This document shows, piece by piece, positions 60,299-64,000 of a stretch of DNA of 64,000 nucleotides (positions are counted from its first letter, which is position 1; every line of letters starts with the position of its first letter). This DNA is from a virus (Duplodnaviria > Heunggongvirae > Uroviricota > Caudoviricetes): IMG/VR virus record IMGVR_UViG_2639762987_000002; one strand, given 5' to 3'. The notes under the pieces were generated by a model. That model did not search any database. It saw nothing but the letters and a program-made list of their open reading frames with translations, and had not been told where the DNA came from. A program made the translations under genes and the position numbers.

Positions 60299-62407
60299 AT
60301 GTCTAAAAAACGTTCCATCAAAGAGGTTCAGGACTTCCGTGACAGTGTAAAACGAGTAGTCGCTCTCCTTTCAGGTAAAAACATCCCTGTTGCAGAACGA
60401 GGAGACGACGCTTATGTACGCTATAACGATGATGGAGAGCCAATTCTCGTAAACATCCCATCAATCCCGGATAACGCAACACCGGCATTGATGAATGCTG
60501 TGCGCGGATTTCTCGATCATGAGGTTGCTCACATTTTGTTTACCGATATTCGTGTGTCCAACAAAATGAGAGAAAAAGAACGCGTTCCTTCTTGGTCGCT
60601 ATGGAATGCCTTAGAAGACGTGTTCATCGAGCGAAAAATGGGGCAGGTCTTTAACGGAACAAGACGTAATCTGATGGCAACTCAGCGCCTTATAATCGAA
60701 AAAGTCTTTAAACCAAAGGCTTCAGAGGCTATTGCTTATTGTGGCAAAGATCAGCGCGCGCTTTTTCTAAACTTCTTTCTCTGTCCGGTTGTAAGAGCCT
60801 GGGATGGCCAAGCACCGTTCGTAGATTTCATGGATGAATACTGGCCTGTCATTGAGAAACCAATTTCATTATTAAAAGAACATGGTATCGATGTGGCCGT
60901 GCGTAACATGTCTTGCACCGAGGATTGTGTAAAGGTGGCTGCGACCATAGCTAAGATCCTCAAAGACACTGAAAGTGAAAGCAAAGGTAAGGAGTCAGCT
61001 CCGGGAAAAACTTCCGATCCTTCAGACGCTGACCAGACGGATGCCTCTGGAGAAAACAGTGAAGACAACGAAGATCATGAGACACCCTCAGCGTTAGATA
61101 ATCACAAATCTATCAAATCAGAATCACATAGTAGGTACAAACATGATAATAACGACAGTGATGATTCAGATAATTCTGAATCATCAGAAACAATATTCGA
61201 TGATACAGAAAATGATAAAGAGGTATCAGATTCTGATGCTTCTGATAACGCGGCGTCAGAATCATTAACCGCTGACCACGAAAAAAGAAAAACGACAGAA
61301 GACGGCTCTTCAGATATCCCAACTCCGTCAAAAATGAGTCTGGAAGAGGCTTTAGAGGAGTTGGATAGCATGGAAGATGAAGTCGGAGGCATGACAGAAG
61401 ATGCGCTATCCGAAACGATTAAAAGCGAGTTAACAGAAAGCTCGAAAAGCGAATACAGGCCATACAATCGCTCATACGACTTCATCGGCTCGATTGATCA
61501 GGCAGAAGCCCATATCAAACGGCTTATTAAAACATTCTCCGATATTGATTTGGGAGGATATCCAATCAGCCGCTATCGCATCGTTCCTGAAGGCAACCAG
61601 CTCTTCGACAAATATATTGAAAAGCACCTTTCGTCAGGTGTTTCGTCGACGCTGGCAAAAGACCTGGAACGTGCAATAGCAAGCAGAAACAGAGTTCAGT
61701 TTATACCTGGCCAGCGTCGGGGGCGCATTCATGGTTCAAGTATCTACAGATTAACAATGAATGATGATCGCGTGTTTCGTAAAAAAGAAGAATCTAAAGC
61801 CGTTAACGCCTGTGTTCAACAAGTGATTGATTTATCGGGTTCAATGAGTGGCGAAACGATAAAACTAGCTCTTGCAAGTGCATATACCATCGCCGATGCA
61901 CTTGATCGAATAAATGTTCCCAACATTATCACCGGCTTCACTACATTTGGCAGTCATATGGCAGCAGGAGAACTTAAGGCTATCAAATATGAGTTCTCTC
62001 GCTTTGAATCTTTAATGCTACCTATCATCAAAAATTGGAATGAAAAAGCAAATTCTCGCGAAGTTCGCTCACGTATGGGGTGCGTAGGCTACACATTCCC
62101 ACTTCTTAATAACGTGGATGGTGAAAGCATAGCCAGCCTTGCATCGTTATTTTCCGGTCGCATGGAGGACAGGAAGATCATGCTTGTTCTGAGTGATGGC
62201 GCGCCGTGGGCTGTTGGGAGAGGTTTTGACGCTCATTTGCGTTCAGTTGCGAAGCAAATTGAAACGCAGACTGATATTGATTTGATGGCAATTGGCATCA
62301 TGACTGACGCACCGGAGAGATTTTACTCAAATCATGCCCTGGTAACGAGCGTTGATAGTCTTGGTTCATCTGTAGTTACTGAACTATCTCGTATCATTTT
62401 AAAGTGA
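60299..62407 (+). CDS. vWA-domain protein, CobT-like (702 aa)
   Basis: C-terminal MIDAS motif VIDLSGSMSG; central Asp/Ser/Glu-rich low-complexity linker; motif-1 upstream. Confidence 0.7.
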   Translation: MSKKRSIKEVQDFRDSVKRVVALLSGKNIPVAERGDDAYVRYNDDGEPILVNIPSIPDNATPALMNAVRGFLDHEVAHILFTDIRVSNKMREKERVPSWSLWNALEDVFIERKMGQVFNGTRRNLMATQRLIIEKVFKPKASEAIAYCGKDQRALFLNFFLCPVVRAWDGQAPFVDFMDEYWPVIEKPISLLKEHGIDVAVRNMSCTEDCVKVAATIAKILKDTESESKGKESAPGKTSDPSDADQTDASGENSEDNEDHETPSALDNHKSIKSESHSRYKHDNNDSDDSDNSESSETIFDDTENDKEVSDSDASDNAASESLTADHEKRKTTEDGSSDIPTPSKMSLEEALEELDSMEDEVGGMTEDALSETIKSELTESSKSEYRPYNRSYDFIGSIDQAEAHIKRLIKTFSDIDLGGYPISRYRIVPEGNQLFDKYIEKHLSSGVSSTLAKDLERAIASRNRVQFIPGQRRGRIHGSSIYRLTMNDDRVFRKKEESKAVNACVQQVIDLSGSMSGETIKLALASAYTIADALDRINVPNIITGFTTFGSHMAAGELKAIKYEFSRFESLMLPIIKNWNEKANSREVRSRMGCVGYTFPLLNNVDGESIASLASLFSGRMEDRKIMLVLSDGAPWAVGRGFDAHLRSVAKQIETQTDIDLMAIGIMTDAPERFYSNHALVTSVDSLGSSVVTELSRIILK

Positions 62408-62502
62408 ACAAAACAGCCTTAACGATAAGTAACCACTTACGATAGATAATGATATATTTATATAAGAAGTTGAACGCTCATTAGAAAACAAAGGAAAAAC
62501 GC

Positions 62503-63738
62503 ATGACTACTACTGCACTGCAAAATGAAAAAAATCCTTCTGATTACCTTGTTTGCAAGTGGTGCGGAAAATCATTTCACTATTTTAAGTCCCATGTAGC
62601 CAATGGTAATTGCGAGGGCATTCCTGAGTCAGTAAAAGATGCCGATCCTGACACCGTACTGAAAATGTACACAACACAGTTTCCAGATGAGCCAACGCTA
62701 TCGAAAAAGGCACTTGATGCAATTCAAGCTAAACGTGCCGAGCAAAAAAGCGAAATGGCCAAATCATCTGGCGTGACCAGTAGCCCAGGCTACACAGGCA
62801 CAGTTGAGTACAAGACAGATCTGGTCGCAGCTCACGAACTGCTAAATGTAACGGTGAAAGAACTCGGAACAAAACGTGGGACGCCGCTCATGGTTAGCGT
62901 CAACGTCAATACGCCGTTTCCAGAGTTCGTTCCAGAAGTGAAGAAGGGATACGTATATGGCGACTTCGAACTGATCAAAGACATTTTCATGATGCTTGAA
63001 CTTGGCATACCTGGCTATTTGTGGGGTCATGCAGGAACAGGCAAATCTTCATTGCCTACACAACTATGTGCTTTGCTCAATCGTCCGTTAATCCGTGCCC
63101 AACATACAGCATCAATGGAAGAGGCTCATGTTACGGGACAAATTCTGGCGCGTGATGGCTCTACGTATTTCGAGCCTGGCTTGCTTGCGCTCGCAATGAA
63201 GCATGGCTGGGTTTACCTCGCGGATGAATACGACTTTGCGTTTCCACAGATTCTTGGCGTGTATCAGCCAGTGCTGGAAGGTGAAGCGTTGGTCATCAAA
63301 GAGGCGACTCCAGAATGGCGTCGCATTACTCCGCATGAACGGTTTGCTTTCATTGGCACTGGCAACACGAACGGATCTGGTGATGAAACCGGCTTGTACC
63401 AGGGTACAAACATCCAGAACGCCGCGAACTTTTCGCGTTTTGGCATCGTTTCGAATGTGAAATACATGAGCAAAGAGGCAGAGATCAACATGTTGATAAA
63501 TGCCGGTATCGTGGATGAATACGCAGAAAAGATGGTTAAGTTTGCCGGTATCGTTCGCGATGGATACGAAGAACACCTTATCAGTCAGCCAATTGGCCCT
63601 CGTGAACTTTTGTTGTCGGCCAAGATTGGAATGATGCGAGGCGACTTTGTGACAGGTATTGAGCGTTCTTTCATTAACAAACTCCCTTCAGCTTCTGCAC
63701 AAGCGGCTCGTGAAGTTGTTCAAAAAATATTTGGTTAA
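62503..63738 (+). CDS. AAA+ ATPase, CobS/MoxR-like (411 aa)
   Basis: Walker A GHAGTGKSS, Walker B VYLADEYD; paired with the upstream vWA protein. Confidence 0.7.
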   Translation: MTTTALQNEKNPSDYLVCKWCGKSFHYFKSHVANGNCEGIPESVKDADPDTVLKMYTTQFPDEPTLSKKALDAIQAKRAEQKSEMAKSSGVTSSPGYTGTVEYKTDLVAAHELLNVTVKELGTKRGTPLMVSVNVNTPFPEFVPEVKKGYVYGDFELIKDIFMMLELGIPGYLWGHAGTGKSSLPTQLCALLNRPLIRAQHTASMEEAHVTGQILARDGSTYFEPGLLALAMKHGWVYLADEYDFAFPQILGVYQPVLEGEALVIKEATPEWRRITPHERFAFIGTGNTNGSGDETGLYQGTNIQNAANFSRFGIVSNVKYMSKEAEINMLINAGIVDEYAEKMVKFAGIVRDGYEEHLISQPIGPRELLLSAKIGMMRGDFVTGIERSFINKLPSASAQAAREVVQKIFG

Positions 63739-63740
63739 TC

Positions 63741-63944
63741 GTGCGTAAAGGATGTTTCGGCTCTCTTATCGCTGCTTCTGAAACTGGTAAGGCTTGTCTG
63801 GTGTGTCCAGACAAGCCCGATTGTCACCAATCAGCAAAAGAAGTTGCGATTTCGATGCATGGGAAGTTCGTAGGCTTCCCCAATGACAAAATCAAAAAAA
63901 CCAGAAAGGTAAAAACACATGAAGGCACTGATGGTTCGAACTGA
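63741..63944 (+). CDS. small Cys-containing hypothetical protein (67 aa)
   Basis: ORF 2 nt after the AAA gene stop. Confidence 0.35.
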   Translation: MRKGCFGSLIAASETGKACLVCPDKPDCHQSAKEVAISMHGKFVGFPNDKIKKTRKVKTHEGTDGSN

Positions 63945-64000
63945 CTTCTCACTTGGGGAGTCGGCTCTAAAAGCAGAAAACGCGGTGAAGATTGCCAGAG

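Larger units (their letters stand above)
1660..64000. mobile_element. Temperate phage / phage-plasmid-like element, partial (continues beyond window end)
   Basis: Contiguous packaging, head, tail, lysis, partition, replication, integrase and tRNA genes; the same two intergenic motif families recur from 1663 to 62494. Confidence 0.85.

Overview
The window opens with the 3' ~1.58 kb of an Escherichia-type metG (methionyl-tRNA synthetase) and its terminator, followed from ~1.66 kb to the window end by one contiguous temperate siphovirus-like element (>62 kb) that also carries plasmid-type maintenance genes. The element is defined by two intergenic motif families that recur along its whole length. 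Gene order: + strand small early genes interleaved with repeat-rich non-coding DNA (1.7-7.3 kb); a - strand AT-rich accessory block ending in an SF2 helicase (7.6-12.2 kb); two ParB-like nuclease-domain proteins, an ABC-type ATPase and a GNAT-like protein ahead of TerS/TerL; portal, scaffold, capsid and Ig-like decoration genes; a lambda-like tail module (tail protein, chaperone pair, tape measure, M/L/K/I/J homologues) plus a side tail fibre; a putative lysis cassette; a ParA/ParG partition operon; a free-standing GIY-YIG gene; replication genes (DnaB-like helicase, primase, ATP-dependent ligase); four tRNAs (Asn, Tyr, Thr, Ser); an AT-rich - strand membrane-protein gene; a GrxA-like glutaredoxin; a tyrosine integrase with divergent XRE regulator; and a vWA/AAA (CobT/CobS-like) pair. 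All calls are from reading the sequence and ORF translations; no database search was run. The most likely candidates for an undescribed system are the AT-rich 420-aa membrane protein beside the tRNA cluster, the ParB-ParB-ABC ATPase-GNAT operon upstream of the terminase, and the G-depleted CA-rich repeat locus; none can be assigned a function from sequence alone.
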